Positions 14,677 through 29,023 of a stretch of DNA of 64,000 nucleotides are shown one piece after another; positions within the stretch are counted from its first letter, which is position 1, and each line of letters begins with the position of its first letter. The notes under the pieces are model-generated. The model saw only the letters and a list, made by a program, of their open reading frames with translations, did not search any database and had not been told where the DNA came from. The stretch spans positions 53,010,001-53,074,000 of the forward strand of contig OX597828.1 of NCBI GenBank assembly GCA_951406725.2, given 5' to 3'. The DNA is from Octopus vulgaris (lineage: Eukaryota). Position numbers and translations under genes: made by a program.

Positions 14677-14750
14677 TTGTCATAATAAAACTCAGAGTTT
14701 CGGAGCCGGGGCTGAAGTCTGCTCCGGCATCTCACCAGTTATTGAGACAA
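14677..14750 (-). ncRNA. Type I hammerhead-like motif with CUGGUGA core
   Basis: Minus strand ttgtctcaataa-CTGGTGA-gatgccggagc(agacttca)gccccggctcc-GAA-ACTCtGAGT-T-ttattatgacaa. Stem I is 10 bp with a 2x2 loop, stem II is GC-rich and the triplet is GUU. Confidence 0.55.
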
Positions 14751-15020
14751 AAACGCTATGAAAAAAAACGTTGAATAAAGGGAAAATACTCCAACAGGCA
14801 TGGGGAAAAGTAAAACTTTGTTCATAGAATCTGCATATTCACACATATGCACACATACATACACGTACGCACACACACATGTATTCATATATATATACAC
14901 TCACACACGCGTGTACATATACATACAAACACACCCATATACATATATATGTCTGCGCATACACGCACATATATACCCATGCACGCATCATTATAATCAT
15001 ATACACATCTCTATACGGAC

Positions 15021-15243
15021 ATACACATACATACGCGGATATGCAAAACGTAGTTTATACGCACATGCATATACATACGCGGATAGACGTACATACAAAT
15101 AAAAACACATACGCAAAAAAATATAAACCGGAAAACATTCTCATTCGCCGCAAAACTTGAATATACAAATGATTTATATATGTATATACACAATTACACC
15201 CTCCTGTCTCTCAAACACATCTACACCTGCAGCTATATAAACG

Positions 15244-15307
<64 letters not shown>

Positions 15308-16129
15308 AGGAAGGAGACAACAGTAGAGTCTTGCACTCGTTTATATACAATCATTCGTATACATATATATGTACACGCACATATACATTAGGTATATATA
15401 CCCGCGTATAAGTTACACAATTATAAAGGGTGAAAAATAATATACAGAAAAATATATATAAATATATGAGATGTTAAGACATATGAAAGGCTTGTACGTG
15501 GACATAATATATAAAGCAGGTTCTATCTGTGATCTTGGGTGCTCCAAAACGTAGCAAATGTTTTGACATATGTGGACATGACCCAAGAAGTTCAGTTCTT
15601 GAATTCAGACATGTAGCGTGGTCTAGAGAATTTTTCCAGATAAGCTATCTTTCCATATCGCAAAGATCGCACTTCTTATATGAGCTGTATGATTCACCAT
15701 AAGATCTTGGCCAAGTGAAAACCATACACCAACAGCAATGGAAAGTGCTGTCTTGGCAATATGGAAAGATGGCTCATCTGGTAAGTTCTTTAGACTCCGC
15801 TACAAATCTAAATTCAAGAACTGAACCTTTTGGGTTATGTCTGCATATGGCAAAACATTTGCTACGTTTTTGGATCCCACCCCCCGGTTCACAGAACCTG
15901 CTTTATATATTATGTCCACGTACAAGCCTATCATATGTCTTAACATCTCTTATATATTTATATATATTTTATTACTTTATATATTTTTCTGCATATTATT
16001 TTTTACCTTTAATAATTGTGTAAATTATACGCGGGTAGAAGATACCTAATGTATATGTGCGTGCATATATACATGTGTACGAATGATTGTATATATACGA
16101 GTGCAATACTCTACCTGTTGTCTCCTTTC

Positions 16130-16186
<57 letters not shown>

Positions 16187-16407
16187 GTTTATATAGCTGC
16201 AGGTGTAGATGTGTTTGAGAGACAGGAGGGTGTAATTGTGTATATACATATATAACTCATTTGTATATTCAAGTTTTGCGGCGAATGTGAATGTTTCACG
16301 GTTTATGTTTTTTGCGTATGTGTTTTTATTTGTATATACGTCAATCCGCATATGTACGTGCATGTGCGTATAGATTACGTTTTGCATAACCGCGTATATA
16401 TGCGTAT
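15021..16407. repeat. ~1.4 kb imperfect palindrome (arms ~15021-15697 and ~15715-16407, loop ~17 nt)
   Basis: Direct reverse-complement matches along the arms. caattacaccctcctgtctctcaaacacatctacacctgcagctatataaacg (15191-15243) pairs with cgtttatatagctgcaggtgtagatgtgtttgagagacaggagggtgtaattg (16186-16238). aggcttgtacgtggacataatatataaagcagg pairs with cctgctttatatattatgtccacgtacaagcct. Near the centre, tgtatgattcac pairs with gtgaaaaccataca. Confidence 0.95.
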
Positions 16408-18133
16408 AGTGATAAGTGGTGATCTGGTACCTTCCTTATTACAAGCATACTTTTCAGACACCATTCGTATCTCCTGACCCCCACACGGTTAGTTCTCAGG
16501 AAGGCATTTGTCCACTCAGTGTATCATTTGCCGTGGAAATGTTTTGAAACATCTAACACATGTTAAACTCCCAAGGTAACTGTCTGAAAACTTAATTGTG
16601 AAGGGCATATTAACCGTGAAGAATATTGATTTCTTGTGTGAAGACATCCATAGTAAATATATACCTTTCATGGGTACTTTCCAAGAGTAGATCCCAATCT
16701 GGGGATTGCACTAATTTGGATTTGTTTTAAATATTTTTGTTTTCATAAGACAAAAGTCGATAGTAATATACAATAATCTTTTAATCGGTCAAAATAAAAA
16801 AAAAATACTGGAAACGAGGCTGTTTAATATTTATATGTATATTGGTGATAGTAATTTGGATATGTGTGTATATGAACACGAGTGTGTTTGCGTGGGTATA
16901 TGTACTTGTATGTGTTTGTATATAACCATTTCATGTAAGCAAATTTCCGCATGCGCAAACGTATATGGTCGGAAACTCAAACGTAGACGCACACATATAA
17001 ACACATACGCAAACACATGCAACTCACATATAAATACATATAACACACACACACACGCGCGCGGAAATGAAAGCAAACATCAATGGTATCAGTTGCCGTC
17101 GGATACATAAACAGACAACTTGACATGTGTCTACATACACGTGCATTTTCAGCCACCAGACACATGCTGTGACATGCAAATAACATAACACACATCCACA
17201 CACAAATACGCGCGCGCGCGTGAGTGAATGTGTGCCGGCAGTTTTTGTTTTTTTTTTATCGAATTATATTTGTTTTCATATGAGCTCCACACCGGTTCTT
17301 TCCAACCCTAAAAGTTTCGATATCAACGTTTCTAGACAGTCAAGGTCTCATCTGCAAGACGAAGCGCTGTTGGCAACTTCACGGCAGGAGGGGCAGATGA
17401 GGGCAGCTGCATCGAACTCTCTCATGCACCAAATAGCAGTTGCTAGAAAGCCCCCATGAAGTGAAACCAAGTAGCAACACCAAATGGCGGTGCCCCAGCA
17501 TGGCCACAGCTCATAAGCTGAAACTAGAATCAATCAATCAATCAATCAATCATATGTTGCTGACGCTTCATCATTGGAAGCTAATATGATGGCGCAAATA
17601 TTTGCGCAATTTTTATAAAATTGTACACATGTAATGATAATTACTGTATATTATCCATAAATATATTTTAGCAAGATTATATGTGAAGACTACAAAGTCA
17701 ATTATTGTCTAATTATATGATAAAGTTTGTGGAATATGAATGCATTGTTTACTAATGTTTTTACACGATAAGTCTTGTACTTTGTGATGTGAATGAATAA
17801 TTATGCCTACCGTCTTGATCTCAAGCAAAAACAATGTATATATATATATAGGGAAAAGTCGTGAGTTTGAAACAGGTGTTAAAATAAGCGCAATATTTTT
17901 TTCTTTTCTAATGAGCATAAAAATAAGCTTTTTCTCCATAATTTAAATAAAATATTTTAAAACATATTCAAACAACGAACATATCAAGGGATTTCCAGAT
18001 GAATAATAAAAAAACAAGCCGCGGACTACAGAAACTATCAGCTTTACAGTTACAATGTATTAAATAATACTCTACACTTATGTATTCTGTTCTGCAGTTT
18101 TTTGTTTTTTTTGCATCTTAAGGAGCCAACAGA

Positions 18134-18212
<79 letters not shown>

Positions 18213-18221
18213 GCCTATCTA

Positions 18222-18412
18222 CCTGGCAGGAACGTTAGCACGCCGGGCGAAATGCTTAGCGGTATTTCGTCTGCCGTCAAGTTCTGAGTTCAAATTCCGC
18301 CGAGGTCGACTTTGCCTTTCATCCTTTCGGGGTCGATAAATAAAGTACCAATCCGTTTGTCTGTCCTGGTTTGTCCTCTCTGTGTTTAGCCCCTTGTGGG
18401 CAATAAAGAAAT
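18222..18412 (+). mobile_element. SINE family B copy
   Basis: ctggcaggaacgttagcacgccgggcgaaatgcttagcgg...gcctttcatcctttcggggtcgataaa. Confidence 0.85.
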
Positions 18413-19039
18413 ATATCTAGCTATCTACCTATCTAGCTATCTACTTTCTGGTGTGCCTTCATTTTTCGTCAATCGAAACTACTTACAAGGATTTGGTTGA
18501 CTCGAGGCTGCAGTGTAAAACAGAAGGTGCTCGCAGAGGATTGGAACTGAAAGTGAAACCACAATGTTGAGGAACAAACCCTTTAACCACAAGCCATGTC
18601 TACGTACATACATACATACATACAGACAGACATGTGTGTGTATATATATGTATACACACACACACACACACTGGAATGTTTAGATTTGTGTCTGTGTGTG
18701 TATCGAACAGCAACAACTTGTAAATTTACTATAATTTGCAAAGTGTTCTTTTGATGTAAAAGTGAATTGTACCGCCATTTTAACACCATTTGCAAGTTCG
18801 ACTGCATCTACATGGCATTTTAGTCACGTCTTTGCGGAGGCATATATGTAAGACAGTACATATATCTGTATGTGAATGAGTATATATGAAGCGCTATGTG
18901 TGCATTTGTGTATATATGTGTATATATATAAACATATGTGTGTGTGTGTGTGTAATGTATATATATATATATACATATATATATGTTTGTGTGTATATAA
19001 GAGTTTTTGAATATATATGTGCGTAAATACGCACCCTCC

Positions 19040-19093
<54 letters not shown>

Positions 19094-19334
19094 TTGCAAA
19101 CCTGTAATGTATATATATATATTCGTGTAATCTACATACATTATAGCTAAAATTTGCATTTTACTTTTGACACACATACATGCATACAATTTATGCATAT
19201 AAAATTAAGCACTCAAACACACTGCACATATTTTTCTCTGCGATTATGTGTGTGAGCTGTGTGTCCGTGTGTCTCTGCATATGTATTTACGTACGTGTAG
19301 CTGTGTGCACGCAAGAATGTGTGTGTGTTTGTGT

Positions 19335-19392
<58 letters not shown>

Positions 19393-20136
19393 AATGTCAT
19401 GTAATATATGCCGCTTGTATAGCTTACGTAATATATGTGTATATACACATATAAATATTTGATTATGTGTATCTTTATATATATGTATGCATTTTTTTCT
19501 AAAATATGCATTGTATATTGTATTCATAGCATTATATATATACATTTTATATACACTCCTAAATTCTCACGTACACGCACACATATATATTTACATCCAC
19601 AGAATTATGCTCACATGTACACATAAATATGCTCAGATACATATTTATATGTGTGTGTGTGTGTTGGCACAGGGTTTCTGCGGATGTACACTTGTTTGCG
19701 TGTTTGCTCGTTCCTCTATTGTATTGCTGCTGTGAAATTATTGTGCGACACACAATTGCAGCATACTTTGCAGGCCTTCTTCAATTGATTGGGAAGATGT
19801 GTCAGCGCGCCTTCCACATGAGAGAGCGCCTCTAGAGTAATGCATACAGTTGTAGGTATGCATCTATGTATCCATGCTTGTATATATGTATATATATGTA
19901 TGTATATATATATGCGTCTGTATGTGCACACTCTTTTTTTTTTTTTCATGCTCTGCTTTAAAGCACGAAAGAAAGACGTGTGTGTATTTGTATAACATTT
20001 TGTGATTCCCTCCAGGTAACATAGCTATTGTTGAATGGAAGGATGCCAACGAAAGAGGAACTCTGAGTACCTTTTAAATGATGCACCAGCTCCACAACTG
20101 AATATATATATACATACATTCATGCACACGCTTATG

Positions 20137-20189
<53 letters not shown>

Positions 20190-20308
20190 ATTATTGAATG
20201 TGTTAAAGCATATGTTACTCTACCTCCGGTATTCGAGTACTATTTTTTCCCACCTTGTTTCACGTTTATCTGCTTACTTTCGTGTGTGTGTGTGTGTGTA
20301 TAAGTAAA

Positions 20309-20360
<52 letters not shown>

Positions 20361-20536
20361 TCCAACATGGCCGCAGTCCATGCTGTACTGAAACTTGAGA
20401 CTGAAACAAGTAAATGAATATATGACAAAGAAATATTCTGTGAAACATTTATCTGAAGAGTTTCACGGTTTGAAACGAATGCGGTAGGAAAGACTACTGA
20501 CTTCTTCCTAAATTCTGACTACCACCTTAAAAGGAT

Positions 20537-20760
20537 TCGAGCGAGGTCGTTGCCAGTACCGCCTGACTGGCCCCCGTGCCAGTGGCACATAAAAAGTACC
20601 CACTACACTCTCGGAGTGGTTGGCGTTAGGAAGGGCATCCAGCTGTAGAAACTCTGCCAGATCAAGATTGGAGCCTGGTGCAGCCATCTGTTTCGCCAGC
20701 GCTCAGTCAAAATCATCCAACCCATGCTAGCATGGAAAGCGGACGTTAAACGATGATGAT
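20537..20760 (+). mobile_element. 3' part of a third SINE family with (GAT)n tail
   Basis: gagtggttggcgttaggaagggcatccagctgtagaaac...gcatggaaagcggacgttaaacgatgatgat. The GGAAGGGCATCC motif is common in conserved-domain SINEs. Confidence 0.65.
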
Positions 20761-21909
20761 AAAATCTGTGTACCTCTTCAAACAATCTGTGAGTGTGTGT
20801 GTGTGTAATCAAGCGTATACGAATGGATATCTACAACCGAACGCGAATACTCGTATGCATTTATGCATTAATATTGCACATGCGTAACAGTGGCATGCTC
20901 AAATTTCTGCACCTAGGTGGATGCTGGCTAACTGTGGGACTGTCGATGAGCATATGGTGTGGATTCTTAGAGATTACAATCGAAGCTCAATTGATACCCG
21001 ATCAGGTATCACTGTATCATATGAGAAACCTGCTCAGCATCTACCCACTCCACAACTAATTAACCCTGCTTTTAATATTTTAGAACGACCTGGCTGCATT
21101 CTGTTCACGCATGGTGCCTCCTGTCAAGATTGAATATAGACGTTAACTACGAACTGGGTCAAGATAACCACTTCAATACATGGCGGTGCAAATGGAAGGG
21201 CAGTGTTCTGTACGTGTGGGGTAGAGCGTGTATACATGCATACATACATGCATACACATATATAAGGTTGTGTGTGTGTGTATGGGAGAGAGAAAAAGTG
21301 GGTGAGAGAAAGATCTATATATCGATGGATATATAGAGAGAAATATACACGTTTTTATACGCATGCATATATGCATACCCACATACATCTACATATACTC
21401 ATACATAAATATGAATATTTATATTCATATGTATACAAACATACATAACAATGTGTGTGTATGCCTATACACTCTATATCTATCTATACACACATACACA
21501 CACACACACACAAATGTGTGTGTATGTGTGTGTACAAGTCTATCTGATCTACACACCTGTTGCCAACGCTATTCTTTTTCTTATTTCTTTGCTTGTATCG
21601 TATTTACTTATTTCAGTAAACTTTCAAAGTACAAGTCTGTTATTACGTCATAAAATTGCTATTGTTGTTTAACCCTCGGTCAGCTCTTAATGAACGATCT
21701 TCTAATCAAACTGTGATTATCCCTTCAAATAATAGATTTTGTTTTTCTGTAACTCCAGTCTTTCTTAGGAGATTTGATTGCAATGCGAGGGAAATTTGGC
21801 TGCTATTTACAGGCGTTTAAATAACTGTATGCATAATACGTTATTGGTAGACAAAATGGGACGTTGAGGCATTCATGCTAATATGGATTATATTTGTCTA
21901 ATTCTCATT

Positions 21910-22110
21910 TTGGCACAAGGCCAGCAATTTTGGGGGAGGTGTTAGGTCGATTACACCGACCTCTGTGTTCAACTGGCGCTTATTTTATCGACCTCGAAAG
22001 GATAAAAAGCGATGTCGACCTCGACGGAATTTGAACCCAGAAATGTATAGACGGACGAAATGCCACTCAGCATTTGTCCCGGCGTGCTAATGATTCTGCC
22101 AGCTCACCGC
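21910..22110 (-). mobile_element. SINE family B copy (reverse)
   Basis: Reverse-complement match, ending gattctgccagctcaccgc. Confidence 0.8.
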
Positions 22111-22486
22111 TTTATTTGCAGAGGAAAATATTGCGAGATGAAATGAAGTGGCCTCACTTGTGAATTGAAACAGTGTCTGTAGGTCTTAGTTTGCAGAGCG
22201 TTCAAACCCAATGTTCCACCCCTTTCCACATCTTTTATCCTATATTTTGGTAACTATTGCACCCTTGGTTAGAGAATTTCTATCAGAAGTTAACTAATAT
22301 CACAATAGCGACACCGATCGGGGAGTACTGTTGCCACTGTGGTGGAACTAATATCACAAAGTATGTTCGAAAACATTTTTCGTTAGTGTATTATACGTAC
22401 ATATGTACATAGACATTCATACACACACCACACATACACACATGCACACACCACACATACACGCACACACACATTCACTGTATGTG

Positions 22487-22543
<57 letters not shown>

Positions 22544-22689
22544 AAGTATATATATTTATGTAATAACTACATACTTGTATGTGTGTGTGCATGTGAGCAC
22601 GCACATATATGTATGTATATATATATATATAGATATATTTATGTAATAGCTACATACTTGTATATGTGTATGTGTGTGTGTGTGTGCGA

Positions 22690-22736
<47 letters not shown>

Positions 22737-23538
22737 TGTGCAATAGCTACATATTTGTATGTGTGTATGTGTGTAAACACACAAATTACTTCGCATAAGC
22801 CAGGAAAAATACAAACGTGTAAGTTTACTACTTGAGGGCAAACCCTGAGAAGAATCGAACCAGGTTTCGTGACGTCACCAGACAGGTGATCCTCTGAGTG
22901 TCGAGTTTCAGATTACCACGTGATTGTATGTACATTGATATCAATTCATAACATATTTTGAGTTCGAATTTCAAATGTAGATCGATGATTGAGGTTAGTC
23001 AATGGATAAGTTTCGCGAGAAGGCAAGCCGCCAGTCAGACAGGCAGCCTGCAAGACAAGCAGGATAACACATGCAGAGGCGGCGGCGGTGGTGGTGCTGG
23101 TGCTGGTGGTGGTGGTGCTGGTGTAGGGTGAGGTTGCAAACAGGTAGATAAGTGCGGGAGGAAAGTATGTTGGCAGGAAGTGATGTAGGTAAGAAGGCAG
23201 TGAAGTTAGGTTGCTTACTATGCGTATGTACCTGCCTGCATGCATACAAGCGTACGTACGTAGACACATACATACATACAAGCTGTACGTACATACTTAC
23301 ATACAGACACAGATACATACGGTGTACGTACATGCATACATGATTGCATGCTAACATATACACATGTGCTTGAGTGCGTAGTTAAACTGATGCATACTAG
23401 GATAAATCGATAGACAGACAGATAGATAGATTGATAGGAAAGTAGATAGATAGATAGATAGATAGATAGGAAAGTAGATAGATAGATGCGTAGATAGATA
23501 GAGAGAGATAGAGAGAGAGAGAGAGAGATGGATGGATG

Positions 23539-23571
<33 letters not shown>

Positions 23572-24139
23572 AGAGATTAAGTGAGTGGCAAATAGATGAG
23601 TATTTAGGGCATTAGGTATGATAAATGTATGTGTAATTGCAGATGAAAATCTTTAGACGAGTGCTGCGGCACCAAGAGTTCCCACAGAGAGTAGCCACAA
23701 AAACTGACTAAGAATATGGCAAACTCTTTTCTTCTGTTGTCAGTAAAACGAAAACCCGTGCATGACAAGGGAAAAAAAGCAGAAATATAAAATGGTTCAA
23801 TAATGAGTTATGGATGTTCTTTTCTTATATTGTAATTTATTCACATTAAATCTTGTCTAACGAACTAAAAAAATAAAAATTACTTCCCCTGAACAACGTT
23901 ATGTAAAATTCAACTGAAATATCAAAACGGTGAGATGTCCGTTGAAATAGTTACTTTTTACGTCTTAAAGGTATGTAGCTGACGACAGATGGGGCAGTAA
24001 AAATAAAGCAATAGATAGCCCACTATGTATCCCTTGATACATTTATCCCTGTGCCTTTGTGAATAAGGGTGATGACTAGTTTTTTACCAGGCCTAGCATT
24101 TCCAAAAGATCGATAAATGTACATACATACAAGCTAGAA

Positions 24140-24720
24140 TATTATGCGGTTTTTGAAAACTTGTCTATTCTTTTAATTTCACTTCATGTTGACGAAAAGA
24201 CACCTGCTCCCCGATTGCCTCATTTGCGGAGAAGATGATGAACAATACGGCAACGGTGCTAAGCAAATTACAGCGCCATTTTGCAAGTGAACAGTCTTTT
24301 GGCGGGAAAACATATTCATTGCTTCAAGCGGCTTTTCCCGAACGTTAAAAAGCAAGGCTCTACTTTCACTAAAAGAAGTCCAGTATTGAGAAATGTCTCA
24401 GGTAGCTAGGTTTGTTGCTTCAGAACACATTGCCAATGAACTCTATTTTCAAAGAAAACAATCATTGCGTTCCTCTAGCCTTCAACTCCTTGTCTTTGTA
24501 TGCTTGGATTCTCAGCCTTAGCAAATATAAAAACAATAAGTGAAAACATCATCCGCCATTTTGCATCGATCAATACGACAGATGAGGAGAAAAAAATTTT
24601 TTTACCAGTATCTAACCTCGGATTACAGAAATTTAGCAAAATCTTCAAAGACCGCTTTCCCAATAACAGTGTCAGTGATACACTTTTAGCTTGTTCCATA
24701 AATTTCTAGAGACTCAACAT
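24140..24720 (+). mobile_element. Degraded hAT (Buster/Charlie, ZBED5/SCAND3-like) transposase fragment
   Basis: Frameshifted peptides VDEKTPAP, DCLICGE and MNNTATVLSKLQRHFAS resemble the BED-like finger with PSKLQRH motif. CMLGFSALANIKTISENIIRHFASINTTDEEK resembles the following Buster-type segment. Confidence 0.65.
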
Positions 24721-26464
24721 CATAATATAATAAACTGTTGTTATTAATCCTAACTATTGACTAACATCAAAACGCAAGAACAACCCCCCCGCCACACACA
24801 CACACACACACTGCCATTTACTGTAATTTTTTTGTTTTAGGTAGTGCCATGGAATTTTCTGGAGATGAGGAAGGGGTGGAATATAAATGGGGTACCACGG
24901 TACGTTGGATGCTTATTTAGGCATGCTGTAAAACAAAAACAAAAAAAAGGTTAACAACCTTATGTGATGAATAAATAAGCGGGTTGGCAGTTGGTGAGTG
25001 TGAGACAATCAGACCGGCAAGAACACTAGATAGATAGTTAATGGGTAAACATGGTTGAAAGGTAAAATCGGGTATATTTAGTGGGTGGTGAAATAGATAG
25101 ATGTGGGGGAGATAGAGAGGGTAAGATTGACGGGTATTGTTGATTGGCAGAAATATGAGTAACATACAATTTTAGATGGGTGGGGTATAACTTTTGTTAG
25201 GACTCAGTCGCAATTGGCTCTGAATGTGCATAATTACAATCAAAGACGTTCTAGCCGCGACCATCTCGGTTTATTTCCAGGCTACTTTATCCAGTATATT
25301 TTTCTTTTTAGCGAGATTTTGTGATGTTTTATTTATTTTTTTTCTGGCGATTAAGCTGCAGTTTTCACCCCATGTACCTTCATTAATTCGTAAATAAATA
25401 GCTCTATTGTATAATGAGAACAATGCTATTGATAAGATCATCATATTAGTTTCCAGCTGCACTTTGTAATATCCTAACATGTTTATTTTTCGCTCAACGT
25501 GTCTTACCATTGCTACACATAATTAACAAAGGCAACAATTCCTCGACTAATTAGAAACAGCATCAAAATCATTCTAATATTACGCCTTAATTTCCTAAAA
25601 AAATACAAGATTACACATTGGGTAGTATATTTATGGATGCACTAAGCTTACAAAACAGACGGAAGGGTCTCGACAGGAATGCCTCTGATCACAGGTCAGT
25701 TCGACAAGAACTGGTGTTAAACAATTACAGAATTTCGGATTTCTCTCGCCCACCAAGATCATCCGTCCTGATCGTGTCTTTTCCATTGTATGTTAGAATT
25801 CATTTGTACCTTAAGTTATGAAGTTCTCACTCGAAATTTATGTTTTAACCTCATTCACAACCTTCTACATAATGTGTCACTCATTCGCATAATAGTGACA
25901 TTTCAGCTCAGACTTTAACGATCTGGAACTAATTCATCCTGATGGAACATGGTAACTTAGAATTCTCCAGCAAGCACAATGATTCAGTCGCTACATTTAT
26001 CTCAAAAAAGTAGTCCTGCTGCACCACAACATCTCTAGTTAAGGGGTCGGGAGACAAAATGAATAAGTCTCTATTAGTCGCGACTCTGCAAGAAATAGTT
26101 GTTATGTTGCTCTCAAATCACATTTCGTCGCATGAGAAAACGAAAAAACAAAAACGCTAGACAGTGATGTTCTAGATATAGAAAAGATGAGAATGATCTG
26201 GGGTCACATCACAACAGGGATTCTGCTCACTACATATCCCAAGAAGTTGAGGAATTCGTATCAGACATCGATTAAACTCTGGCAGTTCTTAATTGTAAAG
26301 ACCACTACTGATCACTCTTGGACAATTTATTCATTTATACGGAATAACGGTGATGTATGTGGCTACATGCCGCTACCATTGACCATATTGTAGGAGATCT
26401 GATATTTATAAGACATGTGGCCCTTGTGTAATTATCCTTGGATAAATTAGTGAAATTATAGTTA

Positions 26465-26760
26465 CAGGCGTGGCTAGGTGGTAAGAAGTTTGCTTCCCAG
26501 CTACATGGTTCTGGGTTCAGTCCCACTGCGTGGCACTTTGGACAAGTGTCTTCTACTATAGCCTCGGGCCGACCAAAGCCTTGTGAGTGGATTTGGTAGG
26601 CGGAAACTGGAAGAAGCTCGTTGTATATGTATATATGTGTGTGCGTGTATATATATATGTGCGTGTGTATGTATATGTATGTATATGTTTGTGTGTCTGT
26701 TTGTCCCCCCCCCCCAGCATCGCTTGACAACCGATGCTGGTGTGTTTGCGTCCCCGTAAC
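26465..26760 (+). mobile_element. SINE family A copy, 3'-truncated
   Basis: Head and body match family A up to tccccgtaac. Confidence 0.85.
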
Positions 26761-27317
26761 CTATATTGCTTATATATAGGTAGATGCAATTAGATGCATG
26801 CGCATCGTTGAATGACACCACCACAGCTACAGTGATCTCCTCTCGCACCCTCACACTTCGAAAAAGTGAAGAGATACCTGAAATATATTCATAGCCTAAA
26901 TATTTAAATGTTGCTGGCTCAGCTCACTTAACTTTCGTATGATATCATGTGTAGACAGCCGAATCATTACGATTATGTAACAGACATCTTTGCTTAAAAA
27001 CTATAAGCATTTGCGTTTATATATTTGTATATATGCAACTATATATGTATGTATATATATATATATATTATCATTATTATTATTATTATTATTAGGGAAT
27101 ATTACTTCCAAGCACACAGGAAAAAAACATTCAAATTAGATGTATAAAATGAACATCTCTCAATGTTTAATTCGTATATATAAAAGTATAAACGGAAAAT
27201 AGAGGATTCAGAATATATATAGTTAGTATAAGATTTAATTTTTAACATTTTATGGAGTAGTAGGTATAAAACTCTTCAGTTTTGATTGAGTTGGTGGCGG
27301 TTCTGACTCTAAAATTA

Positions 27318-27376
<59 letters not shown>

Positions 27377-27746
27377 GCCAGCCAGTGAGAGACAAATGTC
27401 ATTTAATATACAATGAATTAAAATAAGAACTACTTATAGTTTCTTGCAATTAAGACACGTGGTTAAGCAAGTTTTATAACGTGCCTTGTGCCTCCAAGCA
27501 CTATGCAGGCCCCATAATGCTTGGAGACCCATTTAGTAGATATAATATCCGCTTATGTATGTATGTGTATATATATATTTACGCACACATACACATATAT
27601 ACCTTTATATGTGTGTGGATGACTACATATACATGTAAAACATGTACAAATACTAACAGACTAATACATAAACTCACATTTGCTATATTCTTCACTGTCT
27701 TTCTCTCTGTCTTACATCTATGCACACACACACACTCTTTCTTTGC

Positions 27747-27777
<31 letters not shown>

Positions 27778-27880
27778 TCTTTCTCTCCCAAATCTACAAT
27801 TCTTTCCTGTTATTCCTCTCACCAAACCTATTTACTTGACTTCCATTTAGCTTAAATATGTGTGTATGTATATAAATATA

Positions 27881-27935
<55 letters not shown>

Positions 27936-28244
27936 ATACTACAACTGCAGTTCCCGGAAAACTTGATATGGTTTTAATTTCGTAATATACGTGATTCAGT
28001 AGAGTATAGGAAATACATTATAAGTAGTAGTAGAAGTAGCAGTGGTGGTGGTAGTAGTAGTAGTAGTAGTGAATTTATAATATGTTACATATACAGAAGT
28101 GTAGAACATTTAAACTGCGACTCTCTGGAGAAAAATTGGAAAAAGATATATATACTTTACGTACACACACACACACACATACATATGTGAATGTGTGTAT
28201 ATGTATGTATGTATACATGTATATGTATGTATATATATATATAC

Positions 28245-28304
<60 letters not shown>

Positions 28305-28338
28305 ATGAGTATATATATATATGTGTGGATATAGATAT

Positions 28339-28488
28339 GTGGCTGTGTGGTAAGCAGTTTGCTTACCAACCATATGGTTCCGGGTTCAGTCACAATGCGT
28401 GGTACCTTGGGCAAGATTCTTTTACTGTAGCTTCGGGCCGACCAAAGTCTTGGAGTGGATTTGGTAGACGGAAACTGAAAGAAGACCG

Positions 28489-28531
<43 letters not shown>

Positions 28532-28717
28532 CGTTTGTCTGTGTTTGTCCCCACAACATCGCTTGGTAACCCATGCTGCTGTGTTTATGTCCACACAACT
28601 TAGCAGTTCGGCTAAAGAGATCGATAGAATATGTACTATGCTTACAAAAATGAGTCCTGGGGTCGATTTGCTCGACTAAAGGCGGCCGCAGTCAAATGAC
28701 TAAAACAAATAAAAGAA
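28339..28717 (+). mobile_element. SINE family A copy
   Basis: Matches family A head, internal (TA)n and tail. Confidence 0.85.
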
Positions 28718-28950
28718 CAATATATATTTATATGCATATATGTTTGAATACATTCATTTGTGTGTGTCTGTGTATATATATTTTTATGTATATATATGTA
28801 TATATTTATATGTATATATATGTGTATATATATGTATATATTTATGTATATATATGTGTGTTTATATTTATGTGTACATATATACATATATATACGTATA
28901 TATGTATATACATATATATATATATGTATATACATATATATATAAATGTA

Positions 28951-29018
<68 letters not shown>

Positions 29019-29023
<5 letters not shown>

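Noticed and set aside
19721-19766. Hairpin gtattgctgc...gcagcatac as a pre-miRNA
   Set aside because: Large asymmetric bulge and a stem too short for Drosha/Dicer processing.
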